Of a DNA stretch of 64,000 nt, positions 24,610-34,163 are shown in pieces; within the stretch, counting starts at the first letter, position 1; each line of letters begins with the position of its first letter. Location: assembly GCA_963829555.1 (NCBI GenBank), contig CAWHJB010000011.1, positions 68,857 through 132,856 of the forward strand. The letters are read 5' to 3'. Below the pieces are notes generated by a model, which was given only the letters and a program-made list of their open reading frames with translations, was not told where the DNA came from and ran no database searches. The DNA comes from an uncultured Chloroflexia bacterium. Its GTDB lineage: Bacteria; Chloroflexota; Anaerolineae; Anaerolineales; UBA4823. Position numbers and translations under genes: made by a program.

Positions 24610-26868
24610 TTATGGTTGGGATGGGCGCAGCACAGGCTGTGGGCGTTCACGCACATCCTCGATATCGGGCAGCGGCATCGGCTTGTATTCCGCCCCGGTG
24701 CCCAGGCTCCCGTACGGGATCATATAAATCCTGGTCACGCTGTCCGCGCCCAGGCGTAGATCTTGAAAAGCTACAACCAGGAAATTACCATCCGGGCTCC
24801 AGGATGCATCCCGATAGCAGCAAACATTATCCACTGGATTCGCGGCTTTTTGGACTTTATGCAGGTCGGTATTATAGATGTAAAGATCGCCAAACCCATC
24901 GTTCCGGATGTTATTGTTCAGAGTGAACAGGAAACTTCCATCCCATCCAAAATTCTGCAGATTGGGGGATTTCTCGTAACCCGACATCTCAAACCGTGGT
25001 GGTGGGAAATTGTCCAGGATCTTTGGGCTGGCAGAGCAGGCGCTCACGTCGAGCAGTTGGATGATATCCGCCCGGATCCCATCTTTGACGCCCATCACCA
25101 TCGCTGCCAGCGTCTGTCCATCTGTCGACCAGCGCGCCAATTTGACCGCATTCCTGCCATACGGAGCGTAATCTTGGCAGGCCGCCATGGCGATCAAATT
25201 ATTGCGGTTGGAGACCTGATTGAGCGCCGCAAGATCGTAGGGCACGATATAAAGCTGATTGTCCAGGCTGATGGCCACCTGGCTCATATCCGGGGAAATG
25301 GAAAAGCCGGTCAGGTAATCCACGAAGTTGAAACAGCTGATGTTGTCCACCCGCCCCGTTGTCATTTCTACAGATTGAATGCACTTGCCCGTAATATAGG
25401 TCAAGGCCTGTCCATCCGGTGTCCAGCTCAAATCGGTTTTGACAGTTCCGTCTGTTGTCAATTGTTGCAGGTCAGTGCCATCCAGGTTGGCGATCCACAG
25501 GTTGCGTCCGGCCAGGTAGGCGATTTTATCCGATCCGCCCAGTACCGGCGCTTGAGGCGCTTCGGTTGGCGTGATGGTTGGGCTGGGAGCGGGTGTGTCG
25601 GTTGGGCTGGATGTTTCTGACGGCGCGGGCGCTTGGGTCGCGACAACCACGATGGTTTCGGTTGGCGCAGGGGGCGGGAGGGTCGGGGAAGGGGGCGGCT
25701 GCGTGGGCGCCGGGGTAGGGCTGGCTGTGGGCTGGGCCAACATGGCCAAAGGGCCATTGCCCTGAACGCCCATCGCTCCCAGAATTCCAACGACCACAAC
25801 GCCGATGCACAGCAGCGCCACGACCGGTATGGCTGTGGCCAGCCAGCGCGAGCGTTTCGGTTGTGCCGGCAAAGGGGCTGGCCCGGCTGGAATATCCGGG
25901 CGGGCGGCTACCACGGTTGCGGCAGGCTGGTCCGGATCGAGAACGGGCCGGCCGGCAATCCGGGTCGCACCGGCAACGATGGTCGCATCGGCACCGATGG
26001 TTGCATCGGCACCGATGGTTGCATCCATGGCTGATTGTGGAAGAGGCGTTTCGCCTCGCAAACTTTTTTCGAGGGCCTCGGCAAAATCAGCCGCAGTCTG
26101 GAAACGGTCGTCCGGATTCTTGGCCATAGCCCTGGAAATAACGGCCTGGACTGCTTCAGGCAGATCTGCTTTGCTTTGACGAATATCGGGAACCGGCTCA
26201 AGCAGATGCATCATCATGAGCTTGGTGGGCGTATCGCTGTGATACGGCGCTTGCCCGGTCAACATCTGGAATGTCAGCACGCCGAAAGCATACAGATCGC
26301 TTCGGCCATCTACCGCCCGGTCTCCCTGAACCTGTTCGGGGCTCATATAGGCCGGCGTGCCAACAATATTACTGCCGGTCAGGGTAGCCGAACCCTCCTG
26401 AGCCAACCGGGCGATCCCAAAATCAGACAGGAAGGCGTTGTCATATTGATCGAACAGGATATTGCCCGGTTTCAGGTCGCGGTGAACGATGCCGCGCGCA
26501 TGAGCGGCGTCCAGGGCTGGTGCTAACCGGGTTATGATCCGGGCAGTTTCATCCGGCGGGATCGCGCCTTGCTTGATCCGGTCCGCCAGCGAGCCACCGG
26601 ACATATATCGCATGACAATGTACGGCTGTTGGTTGTGTTCGCCAAAATCATAGACCGGAACGATCGCGGGATGTTCCAGCAGGGCGATCATTTTAGCTTC
26701 ACGCTGAAAACGAGTTCGAAATTCCGGGTCGTGAAGAAAGGCTTGTGGTAAAACTTTGATGGCAACGTTGCGCTCGAAACTGGGGTCGTAAGCATTGTAA
26801 ACAGTCGCCATGCCCCCGCGTCCAAGTTCTGCTTTGATTTCGTAGCGGCCAATGGTTTCAGCGATCAT
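24610..26868 (-). CDS. Ser/Thr protein kinase with TM helix, Pro/Thr-rich linker and C-terminal beta-propeller-like domain
   Basis: Hanks kinase motifs (GRGGMATVY, VAIK, HRDLKPGNIL, DFG, TPAYMSPE). An internal ATIGAD tandem repeat, a TM segment, a PT-rich linker, then a ~330-aa repeat-like domain (TolB/PD40-like; weak call). Confidence 0.9.
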   Translation of the reverse strand: MIAETIGRYEIKAELGRGGMATVYNAYDPSFERNVAIKVLPQAFLHDPEFRTRFQREAKMIALLEHPAIVPVYDFGEHNQQPYIVMRYMSGGSLADRIKQGAIPPDETARIITRLAPALDAAHARGIVHRDLKPGNILFDQYDNAFLSDFGIARLAQEGSATLTGSNIVGTPAYMSPEQVQGDRAVDGRSDLYAFGVLTFQMLTGQAPYHSDTPTKLMMMHLLEPVPDIRQSKADLPEAVQAVISRAMAKNPDDRFQTAADFAEALEKSLRGETPLPQSAMDATIGADATIGADATIVAGATRIAGRPVLDPDQPAATVVAARPDIPAGPAPLPAQPKRSRWLATAIPVVALLCIGVVVVGILGAMGVQGNGPLAMLAQPTASPTPAPTQPPPSPTLPPPAPTETIVVVATQAPAPSETSSPTDTPAPSPTITPTEAPQAPVLGGSDKIAYLAGRNLWIANLDGTDLQQLTTDGTVKTDLSWTPDGQALTYITGKCIQSVEMTTGRVDNISCFNFVDYLTGFSISPDMSQVAISLDNQLYIVPYDLAALNQVSNRNNLIAMAACQDYAPYGRNAVKLARWSTDGQTLAAMVMGVKDGIRADIIQLLDVSACSASPKILDNFPPPRFEMSGYEKSPNLQNFGWDGSFLFTLNNNIRNDGFGDLYIYNTDLHKVQKAANPVDNVCCYRDASWSPDGNFLVVAFQDLRLGADSVTRIYMIPYGSLGTGAEYKPMPLPDIEDVRERPQPVLRPSQP
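25969..26027. repeat. 18-nt tandem repeat inside the Ser/Thr kinase gene
   Basis: CATCGGCACCGATGGTTG occurs twice exactly, plus a diverged copy. It encodes (ATIGAD)n. Confidence 0.85.
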
Positions 26869-27103
26869 AGTATTTTATCCATGGAGACAACAAGGCTGGT
26901 TAAGTACGGAGGCACAGAGAAGCCGCTCAAACCCAACATCAAGGCACTTCCAAGTTAAGGCCGGGGGATCAGCTTACAGCTCCTTTCCGGCAGGCCCCAA
27001 TGAAATTATAATTCGGAGGCATCTTGAGATACATAAAAGTTGTGTGAAATGCATTCGTTTGAAGGGTAATGGGCCCTTGCAAATTTATCAGAATCCAATT
27101 TCA

Positions 27104-27158
27104 GGGTCTCTGGGTAACTCCATGGGAGAATTCCATCTCAGGAATTCCCAAAGGATCC
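27104..27158. repeat. dispersed ~55-nt unit, copy 2
   Basis: GGGTCTCTGGGTAACTCCATGGGAGAATTCCATCTCAGGAATTCCCAAAGGATCC. Confidence 0.85.
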
Positions 27159-27184
27159 AATTTTAAGCTGGGGAAAGAGTTGAA

Positions 27185-27802
27185 ATGAAGCATAAACTAT
27201 TCATCGATAGCAATAAAGGCTTTACACCGATATTTTTTCTGATTCTTATGGCGGTTTTCAATCAGTGGCAAAATCCAACCGCTTTTATCTATCTGGCGCT
27301 GCATGGTTCCTACGGCATTCTGTGGGTCGTTAAAAGCAAGATTTTCCCGGATAGAAGCTGGGAAAAACCGGTGAGCTGGTCGTATGGGCTGCTAAGCTGG
27401 TTCAGTTTATGCCTTTACTGGGTTGCCGGATGGATCATCTTCAGCCGCTCTGTCCAGGCCCCGGCCTGGTGGTTGGGATTGTGTGTAACCAGCTATATTT
27501 TTGGTGTATTTTTTCAGTTCACGGCTGACATGCAAAAATATGTAAGTCTGCAGCTTCGTCCGGGGCACCTGATCACAGACGGCTTGTTCGGCCGGATCCG
27601 CAATATCAATTATTTCGGTGAATTCCTGATCTATGCCGGGTTTGGTCTGCTGGCTATGCATTGGCTGCCGATCGCCATTTTGCTTTTATGGGTGGCTGTG
27701 GTCTGGTTGCCGAATATGATCCGAAAGGACCGTTCTTTGGCGCGCTATCCCGACTTCGATGCCTACCGGCAGCGGACCAGCCTGTTTCTCCCATTCTTAT
27801 AG
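27185..27802 (+). CDS. DUF1295 / isoprenylcysteine carboxyl methyltransferase-like membrane protein
   Basis: Polytopic protein of 205 aa with the C-terminal motif RNINYFGEFLIYAGFGL. Confidence 0.65.
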   Translation: MKHKLFIDSNKGFTPIFFLILMAVFNQWQNPTAFIYLALHGSYGILWVVKSKIFPDRSWEKPVSWSYGLLSWFSLCLYWVAGWIIFSRSVQAPAWWLGLCVTSYIFGVFFQFTADMQKYVSLQLRPGHLITDGLFGRIRNINYFGEFLIYAGFGLLAMHWLPIAILLLWVAVVWLPNMIRKDRSLARYPDFDAYRQRTSLFLPFL

Positions 27803-28357
27803 GCAGGACAGCCTTAGGACTTCATCCACGGTGCCTGACCACAGAGTGCCTCACTAATCAGAGTTACAGTTCCTTAGGATTTCCTCCACAGCGCCGCAGC
27901 GCCCTTCTTTCTCAATGAAACTGTTTTTGCGAGGAGGGCGTTCTTTGCCCAAGCCGGCACTTCACGGCCAAGCAATCTATCTTATTATTGCGATAGGATC
28001 GGTTATGAAGATTGCTTGCCAAAGAGAACACGGCATGCCCAAGTTCGGCTCCTAAGGAACTGTCATTACCATTTCGAGGCACCCTGAGTGGAAGCTGAAG
28101 GAGCGTTCTTTGCTCTGGAGGCTGTAATCGCAGAGCGGTTTCTAATTCAAACCTGGTCATCCTTCGATTACGTTCGGTGAGCAAAAAACGCTCACCTCTC
28201 TCCACTCAGGATGCCTGCTTTCTGGCACTGTCAGGTTCCTTTCTGATTGAAATGTGCGCCAGCATTGTGGAGTTACTCGCAAAGACATTACCAACAAGAA
28301 CAGTTTCCAAAGATCTTGTTGGCGAAGGGGGTCTTTGGGGAATTCCTGTGGTGCTAC

Positions 28358-28411
28358 CCCAGATTTGGGGGTGTGAGCGTGCATCCGCACGCTCACACCC
28401 CCAAATCTGGG
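28358..28411. repeat. palindromic element, family B copy 3 (core)
   Basis: CCCAGATTTGGGGGTGTGAGCGTGC-ATCC-GCACGCTCACACCCCCAAATCTGGG. Confidence 0.95.
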
Positions 28412-28439
28412 ACCCTCCCACAGAGATTCCGGAAGAGCC
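28409..28439. repeat. dispersed ~30-nt unit abutting family B copy 3
   Basis: GGGACCCTCCCACAGAGATTCCGGAAGAGCC. Confidence 0.8.
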
Positions 28440-28496
28440 GGCGAAGGCCGGTCCGTTTTCCGATTGTTGCCTTTAATTTCTAAAAAACGGTTGAAG

Positions 28497-28540
28497 AATA
28501 AAAAACGGCGGGTACTGCTGTTACTCAGCACCCACCGTTT
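28497..28540 (-). terminator. intrinsic terminator downstream of upp
   Basis: The minus strand reads ACGGUGGGUGCUG-(8 nt)-CAGUACCCGCCGU followed by UUUUUU, 22 nt after the upp stop. Confidence 0.8.
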
Positions 28541-28561
28541 GAAAACGAGGTGAAAGCGTCT

Positions 28562-29188
28562 TTATCCGGTGCCAAACTGGCGATCCCCGGCATCCCCTAG
28601 CCCGGGTAAGATGTAGCCGTGTTCGTTTAGCCGTTCGTCGATGGCTGCCAGGTAAATCGGGACCTCGGGATGATGCAACTGCATCAATCGAATACCTTCC
28701 GGCGCGCCGATGATGCCGACAAACTTGATTTTCTTCACGCCCCAGCGTTTGAGCACATCCACGGTAGCAACCGCAGAGCCACCGGTTGCCAGCATGGGAT
28801 CCAGAATCAGGCAGACCGAGACGGTCGGTTCAACCGGCAGCTTGTTGTAATATTCGACCGGTTTGAGCGTGCGCTCATCCCGGTAAAGCCCAATATGCCA
28901 TACTTCTGCACTGGGCATTAACCCCCAGACCCCTTCAACCATCCCCAGGCCGGCCCTCAAGATTGGCACCAAACCAATTTTTTCTTCCAACTCAAACCCG
29001 TTGGTAACTGCCAGCGGCGTCTGCACGCTCCGGGTTTTAATAGCCAGATCATCCGTCGCTTCGTATGCCAGTAATGCGCTGATCTCCCGGATAAGCTCCC
29101 GAAATTTCTTCGGGTTCGTGCGCGTATCTCGCAGGCGGCTTAATTTGTGCTTGACAAGGGGGTGGCTGGATGCAAAAACATTGGACAT
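28562..29188 (-). CDS. upp: uracil phosphoribosyltransferase
   Basis: From ORF 28562..29221, with the start at ATG 29186-29188 ([21 protein letters not shown]). PRPP loop: [13 protein letters not shown]. Confidence 0.95.
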   Translation of the reverse strand: MSNVFASSHPLVKHKLSRLRDTRTNPKKFRELIREISALLAYEATDDLAIKTRSVQTPLAVTNGFELEEKIGLVPILRAGLGMVEGVWGLMPSAEVWHIGLYRDERTLKPVEYYNKLPVEPTVSVCLILDPMLATGGSAVATVDVLKRWGVKKIKFVGIIGAPEGIRLMQLHHPEVPIYLAAIDERLNEHGYILPGLGDAGDRQFGTG

Positions 29189-29298
29189 AGCTGTGCTCCT
29201 CCTGGTGGCCGGTTCTTTCAAAGCGAAGCTTATGAGCAGCGAGATACTGCCCTGCAGTGTTTCCTAAAACGCACTTTCAATGGCTCCTTGGCAAATCC

Positions 29299-29330
29299 GG
29301 GGACTCTCCCACAGCGTTTTCCAAAGACCC
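29299..29330. repeat. dispersed ~30-nt unit (CCCACAGAGTTTCC type)
   Basis: GGGGACTCTCCCACAGCGTTTTCCAAAGACCC. This is the reverse-complement orientation of the first half of the 55-nt unit. Confidence 0.8.
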
Positions 29331-29373
29331 GTCCTTTCAATTATAGCTGCAAATCCGAGTTATAATCAGGCTT

Positions 29374-30399
29374 ATGAGTGAAATGCCTGATCGGATTGTC
29401 AATCCAAATTCGCAAACTGAAGACCGTCTCGACCAGACTATCCGTCCTAAAATGATGGTAGATCTGATTGGCCAGGATCGGGTCAAAGAGAATTTAAAGA
29501 TCCTGATTGAAGCAGCCCGCCAGCGCCAGGAACCCCTGGATCACGTTCTTTTCTACGGGCCACCCGGCCTGGGAAAGACCACCCTGGCGCACATCCTGGC
29601 GAATGAGATGAACGTCAACATCAAAATAACCGCCGGTCCGGCGATCGAGCGGCCCGGCGACCTGGCTGCCATCTTAACCAATCTGCGCGCCGGGGACATC
29701 CTGTTCATCGATGAAGTCCATCGATTGGGACGTTCGATCGAAGAAGTTCTCTACCCGGCTATGGAGGATTTTGCCCTCGATATTGTGATTGGTAAAGGCC
29801 CCTCAGCCCGTTCGATTCGTTTAAAACTGCCGCGTTTCACCGTGATCGGCGCCACAACCCGATTGGCGCTGGTCACAGCGCCTTTGAGAGCCCGCTTTGG
29901 AGCGGTCTATCGCTTAAATTTCTATGAATTGCCCGCCATGGAAGCCATCGTCAAACGTGCCGCGGGTGTTTTGGGGGTGGAAACCGAGACTGAAGGCGTC
30001 GGTGAAATTGCCCGGCGAGGCCGTGGAACGCCACGCGTGGCGTTGCGCTTACTGCGCAGGGTGCGCGACTACGCGGAAGTGCGTGGAGAAGGCGTGATCT
30101 CACAACAGGCAGCCAAAGAGGCGTTGGATCTGCTTGAGGTTGATGCGCTGGGATTGGATGATATCGATCGCCGTGTCCTCCAGACTGTCATTGAAAAGTA
30201 TAATGGCGGCCCCGTTGGCCTTAGCACGATTGGCGCTTCGATCAGCGAGGAACCGGATACGATCATGGATGTTGTCGAACCCTATCTGCTCCAATTGGGT
30301 TTTCTCGAACGCACGCCCCAGGGCCGGGTTGCTACCCGGCGGGCCTATGACCACCTCAAGCTGCCCTATCGCGAAGATGGCCAAAAGCGATTGTTTTAA
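29374..30399 (+). CDS. ruvB: Holliday junction branch migration helicase RuvB
   Basis: Motifs: [19 protein letters not shown] and the sensor region [16 protein letters not shown]. 341 aa. Confidence 0.97.
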   Translation: MSEMPDRIVNPNSQTEDRLDQTIRPKMMVDLIGQDRVKENLKILIEAARQRQEPLDHVLFYGPPGLGKTTLAHILANEMNVNIKITAGPAIERPGDLAAILTNLRAGDILFIDEVHRLGRSIEEVLYPAMEDFALDIVIGKGPSARSIRLKLPRFTVIGATTRLALVTAPLRARFGAVYRLNFYELPAMEAIVKRAAGVLGVETETEGVGEIARRGRGTPRVALRLLRRVRDYAEVRGEGVISQQAAKEALDLLEVDALGLDDIDRRVLQTVIEKYNGGPVGLSTIGASISEEPDTIMDVVEPYLLQLGFLERTPQGRVATRRAYDHLKLPYREDGQKRLF

Positions 30400-30460
30400 G
30401 CCATTGCGGGAAGTCTGGTACTTTCCCACAGTGTCGCACAAAAACCCTGTTTGAGTATCG

Positions 30461-30694
30461 ATGAATCTGGATGCAATTGCTCGTTTGCTGGTAATTCTGG
30501 GAGTTATTCTGATCCTGGCTGGAGGGGCAGTCTGGCTGGCGGCGCGCTTTAACCTGCCGCTCGGACGTCTGCCGGGAGATATCCTCGTTCAGCGGGGGAA
30601 TTTCACCTGCGCGTTTCCGGTCGTCACCATGATTTTATTGTCGATCGTGCTTACCGTTATTCTGAATATCATTGTGCGTTTGCTCAACAAATAA
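30461..30694 (+). CDS. DUF2905-like small membrane protein
   Basis: 77 aa with two TM helices flanking LGRLPGDI. Confidence 0.7.
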   Translation: MNLDAIARLLVILGVILILAGGAVWLAARFNLPLGRLPGDILVQRGNFTCAFPVVTMILLSIVLTVILNIIVRLLNK

Positions 30695-30733
30695 TCCCCC
30701 TTGTCTTAACTCAGAAATGAGAGAAAGCGTTCA

Positions 30734-30783
30734 GCGAAATATGTGTGCGTGGGGGCGTACGCCCCCACGCACACATATTTCGC
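30734..30783. repeat. palindromic element, family D copy 2
   Basis: GCGAAATATGTGTGCGTGGGGG-CGTACG-CCCCCACGCACACATATTTCGC. The AGG-to-ATG change in one arm is mirrored in the other. Confidence 0.95.
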
Positions 30784-30823
30784 CTTATTTTTCCTGAAAA
30801 CGATTGATTATACAAAAAACCTG

Positions 30824-31846
30824 ATGAAAACTGACGATTTCAATTACGACCTGCCTCCGGAACATATTGCTCAGACCCCGGCTACCCCGCGTGACGCTTC
30901 TCGTTTGCTGGTGTTGAACCGCCAGACGGGTATGGTTCAGCACAGCATATTCCATCAATTGCCCGAATTTTTACAGCCGGGTGATTTGCTGGTTTTGAAT
31001 GAAACCCGGGTCATCCCCGCCCGCATTTTTGCTCGTAAAGTTCCAACCGGTGGGCGAGTGGAAATATTACTGCTCCACCAGGAAAATGAACGAACCTGGG
31101 AATGCCTGGTCGGCGGGAAAGGCCTTTCCGCAGGCAGGCAGCTCCAACTGGAGGACGGACCGGCTGCCCAAATTCTCGAGGTGCTGGATGGACCGCGCCG
31201 CCTGGTTCGGTTCGAACAAGCCCTGGATACTTATCTGGCCGGTTCCGGGCAGATGCCGCTTCCGCCGTATATCCATACGCCGCTGGCAGACCCGGAACGA
31301 TACCAGACGGTTTATGCCCGCCAACCCGGTTCAGCGGCTGCTCCGACCGCCGGGCTGCACTTCACACCTGGCCTTCTGGAGCATCTGCGTGAAATCGGGA
31401 TCGGTCTGACGACGGTTACCCTGCATGTCGGCCTCGATACTTTTGCTCCCGTGACCGAAGAATCCCCAGAAGAGCACAAAATCCACACAGAATGGTGCCA
31501 GCTTTCATCCCAAGCCGCCGAACTTATCAACCGTACCCACCAGCAAGGCGGGCGTATCATCGCAGTTGGCACGACCAGCGTGCGCACACTGGAGACTGCC
31601 GCCCAAAGGGCCCTTCCGGGGGAACTGGTCAAACCCTTCAGTGGTTCAACCGACTTATTCATCCTACCCGGCTATCAATTTAAAGCTATTGATGCTATGA
31701 TCACCAATTTCCATTTGCCCCGTTCGACCCTGATCATGCTGGTGAGCGCGTTTGCAGGTCGCGAAAAAATTCTCGACACCTACCAACTGGCAGTTCAGGC
31801 GGGCTATCGTTTTTACTCTTTTGGCGATGCCATGCTGATTCTATAA
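30824..31846 (+). CDS. queA: S-adenosylmethionine:tRNA ribosyltransferase-isomerase
   Basis: From ORF 30743..31846. Start moved to ATG 30824 (MKTDDFNYDLPPEHIAQ), because the upstream part of the ORF is only the family-D palindrome. Motifs: GSAAAPTAGLHFT and AVGTTSVRTLE. Confidence 0.95.
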   Translation: MKTDDFNYDLPPEHIAQTPATPRDASRLLVLNRQTGMVQHSIFHQLPEFLQPGDLLVLNETRVIPARIFARKVPTGGRVEILLLHQENERTWECLVGGKGLSAGRQLQLEDGPAAQILEVLDGPRRLVRFEQALDTYLAGSGQMPLPPYIHTPLADPERYQTVYARQPGSAAAPTAGLHFTPGLLEHLREIGIGLTTVTLHVGLDTFAPVTEESPEEHKIHTEWCQLSSQAAELINRTHQQGGRIIAVGTTSVRTLETAAQRALPGELVKPFSGSTDLFILPGYQFKAIDAMITNFHLPRSTLIMLVSAFAGREKILDTYQLAVQAGYRFYSFGDAMLIL

Positions 31847-31964
31847 GAATCCCCAGTCATGTCTTGCTCGCGATTTATATCTGAGCGATTTCGGCACGAT
31901 ATTTCAGAGTACTGTATATTTCGTTCTACAAATTCATCAACACCCTACTGATATGCAATGATAA

Positions 31965-32018
31965 GGAAAAATTAGGCGTCAGCCTGGGCATTCGCCCACG
32001 CTGACGCCTAATTTTTCC
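31965..32018. repeat. palindromic element, family A copy 2
   Basis: GGAAAAATTAGGCGTCAGCCTGGGCATTCGCCCACGCTGACGCCTAATTTTTCC. One arm position is unpaired (CCTGGG vs CCCACG). Confidence 0.95.
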
Positions 32019-32087
32019 AGAATTCCCGCATATTTCATGCTATGCTGATCCTGTAAGGGCGCACGAAAATGCTGTAGAAAATTATTT

Positions 32088-32133
32088 TTGGTATTCGATT
32101 TGGGCGGCCTCAGCCGTCCAAATCGAATACCAA
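32088..32133. repeat. long palindrome (singleton)
   Basis: TTGGTATTCGATTTGGGCGG-CCTCAG-CCGTCCAAATCGAATACCAA, with one G-T position. Confidence 0.9.
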
Positions 32134-32162
32134 TCTACAGGATCATTCTCTAAGGAGAAACG

Positions 32163-33645
32163 ATGCCAATTTTTAATGACGCTCGTCTCAGCCCGTTCGT
32201 TGATATTCCCCTCTACCAGCAAGTGTACGCAAACCTGCGAGCATCCATTCTCTCGGGAGAGCTAAAAGCAGGGTTGAAGCTGCCATCGACACGTGCCCTG
32301 GCGGAGGAACTCAACGTATCCCGCAACACCATTCTCAATGCCTACCAACAATTAGTCGCGGAAGGCTATGTAGAAAGTGTCGAGGGTAGTGGCACCTATG
32401 TTGCCCAGATTGCCCCCGACCGTTTATTGGCGCCACAGATAAAGGAAGCTTCTTCGGATGAAGGCTGCTCCTGAGCCTCCCAAACCGCGTTTTTCGGATC
32501 ATGCCAGGCTGCAACTGGCAGCCCCTCAAATGTCCCGGTTGGCTCCATCGCCGATCGAAGTGTCACGACGTCCCTTTCGTTTCGGTATACCGGCCTTGAT
32601 GAACTTCCCTTACAAACTCTGGACGAGGCTGGTCGTTCGCCAGGCCAGGCGGTTGCCCGCCAGTGCCTTTACCTACCAGCATGCGGCCGGTTATCTCCCC
32701 TTGCGGGAAGCGATCGCCGCTCATGCCGTAGCTTCCCGTGGGGTCCATTGCTCTCCAGAACAAATCATCATCGTGCCGGGCGCTCAGGGAGGGCTCGATC
32801 TGGTTACCCGGTTGCTGATCAATGCCGGCGATCCGGTTTGGATGGAAGACCCCGGTTATCTCAAAGCGCGCGGCGCTTTCCTGGGATCAGGGGCGAAAAT
32901 CATCCCTGTTCCGGTGGATCAAGAAGGTATCGTTGTCGAGGTAGGCATTGATCGCGCTCCGCAGGCGCGCCTTGCTTACCTGACTCCCTCGCACCAATTC
33001 CCGCTGGGGGTAACGCTCAGCTTGCCGCGCCGGCTGGCCCTGCTCGACTGGGCCAAACACGCCAACGCATTCCTGATCGAGGACGATTACGACAGCGAAT
33101 ATCACTACACCGAACGTCCCCTGCCGGCTTTGCAGGGGTTGGACAGCGCCGGTCGAGTGATTTATATCGGTACGTTCAGTAAAGTACTCTTTCCGGCTTT
33201 GCGCCTGGGCTATCTGATCCTGCCTCCCAGCCTGGTCGAAGCCTTCCAGACTGTACGCAATCTCATCGATTTACATCCTCCAATTTTGGAACAGGCGGTG
33301 CTCACAGATTTCATTGTTGATGGGCATCTGGCGCGCCATCTGCGCAGAATGCGCAGGTTGTACGCAGAGCGAAGATCGACTTTGCTCGAAGCTGCCCAAG
33401 AGCTACCGCTGGAAATCCGTTCTGCGGAGGCGGGCATGCACTGTGTTGGCTGGCTGCCAGCCGGTATGGATGAGCGTTCGCTGGTTCGGGCAGCTGCCTC
33501 CCGGGAAGTCGATCTTGTGCCAGTTGCCAACTTCAGCATTGAGCCCATGGAGCGCAAGGGGGTCTTGCTGGGCTACAGCGAATACACCGTGGAACAGATC
33601 CGGGAAGGGATGCGTCGGCTGGCCGAAGCGATGCGCTCCCTCTGA
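32163..33645 (+). pseudogene. MocR/GabR-type regulator (GntR wHTH + class-I aminotransferase-like domain), split into two frames
   Basis: ORF 32163..32474 is a GntR HTH (LPSTRALAEELNVSRNTILNAYQQLVAEGYVESVEGSGTYV). ORF 32458..33645 is the aminotransferase-like domain. The frames can only switch within 32440-32474. Confidence 0.8.
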
Positions 33646-33675
33646 CGCTACCGATCATTGAGAATTTCTATGATA

Positions 33676-33704
33676 GGGTACTCCTCAGAGTTTCCCAAAG
33701 ACTT
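33676..33704. repeat. dispersed ~30-nt unit
   Basis: GGGTACTCCTCAGAGTTTCCCAAAGACTT. Confidence 0.75.
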
Positions 33705-33759
33705 GACTATACGGGTGTTATCCTTGAAGTGGTACCATGGTTTGGTCACAAACTGGTGC

Positions 33760-33787
33760 TTGTCAGTTTGAAGTGGTACTATATAAT
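33760..33787 (+). promoter_or_regulatory. sigma-70-like promoter candidate (TTGTCA-N16-TATAAT) overlapping a direct repeat
   Basis: TTGTCA at 33760-33765 and TATAAT at 33782-33787. The spacer contains copy 2 of the direct repeat TTGAAGTGGTAC (33768-33779); copy 1 is at 33724-33735. Confidence 0.4.
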
Positions 33788-34163
33788 CCATTTAAGATGA
33801 AAAATATCTGATATAGCGCTTATACTTCAAACAGGTTTGCTGGTTTGTAGATTTTGTGTTTGGAAAGATCTTGATCGGTCAAACACCCTAATCATTGAAC
33901 ATCTGGGCTTTCACAAAATCCACAGAATGAGCAATTTGGTGTTGGGATCGGGGATTGCGATTTAGATCGAGGTTGTGTGTTTAGATTTCGAAATCGAACA
34001 GCCTGGAGGGTGGGATGAATTCGCAAGGGGGAAAGAATCAATGACGGGCAAAATAGCCGCTTGAACTTCGTATCCCCACAATATGCTTTTCATTCCGAGC
34101 ACAGTGAAAGATCTGGATTCGTGGTTGCACACAGAATGACTCTTATCAAATAGGACAGTAACG

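Noticed and set aside
27803-28561. RNase P RNA, tmRNA or SRP RNA in the large gene-free region (a GAAGCTGA string resembles the E. coli M1 RNA 5' end).
   Set aside because: None of the universally conserved blocks is present: GGAAAGTCCGGGC and ACAGAACCCGGCTTA for RNase P, a tag reading frame plus tRNA-like end for tmRNA, or GGAAGCAGCC for SRP.
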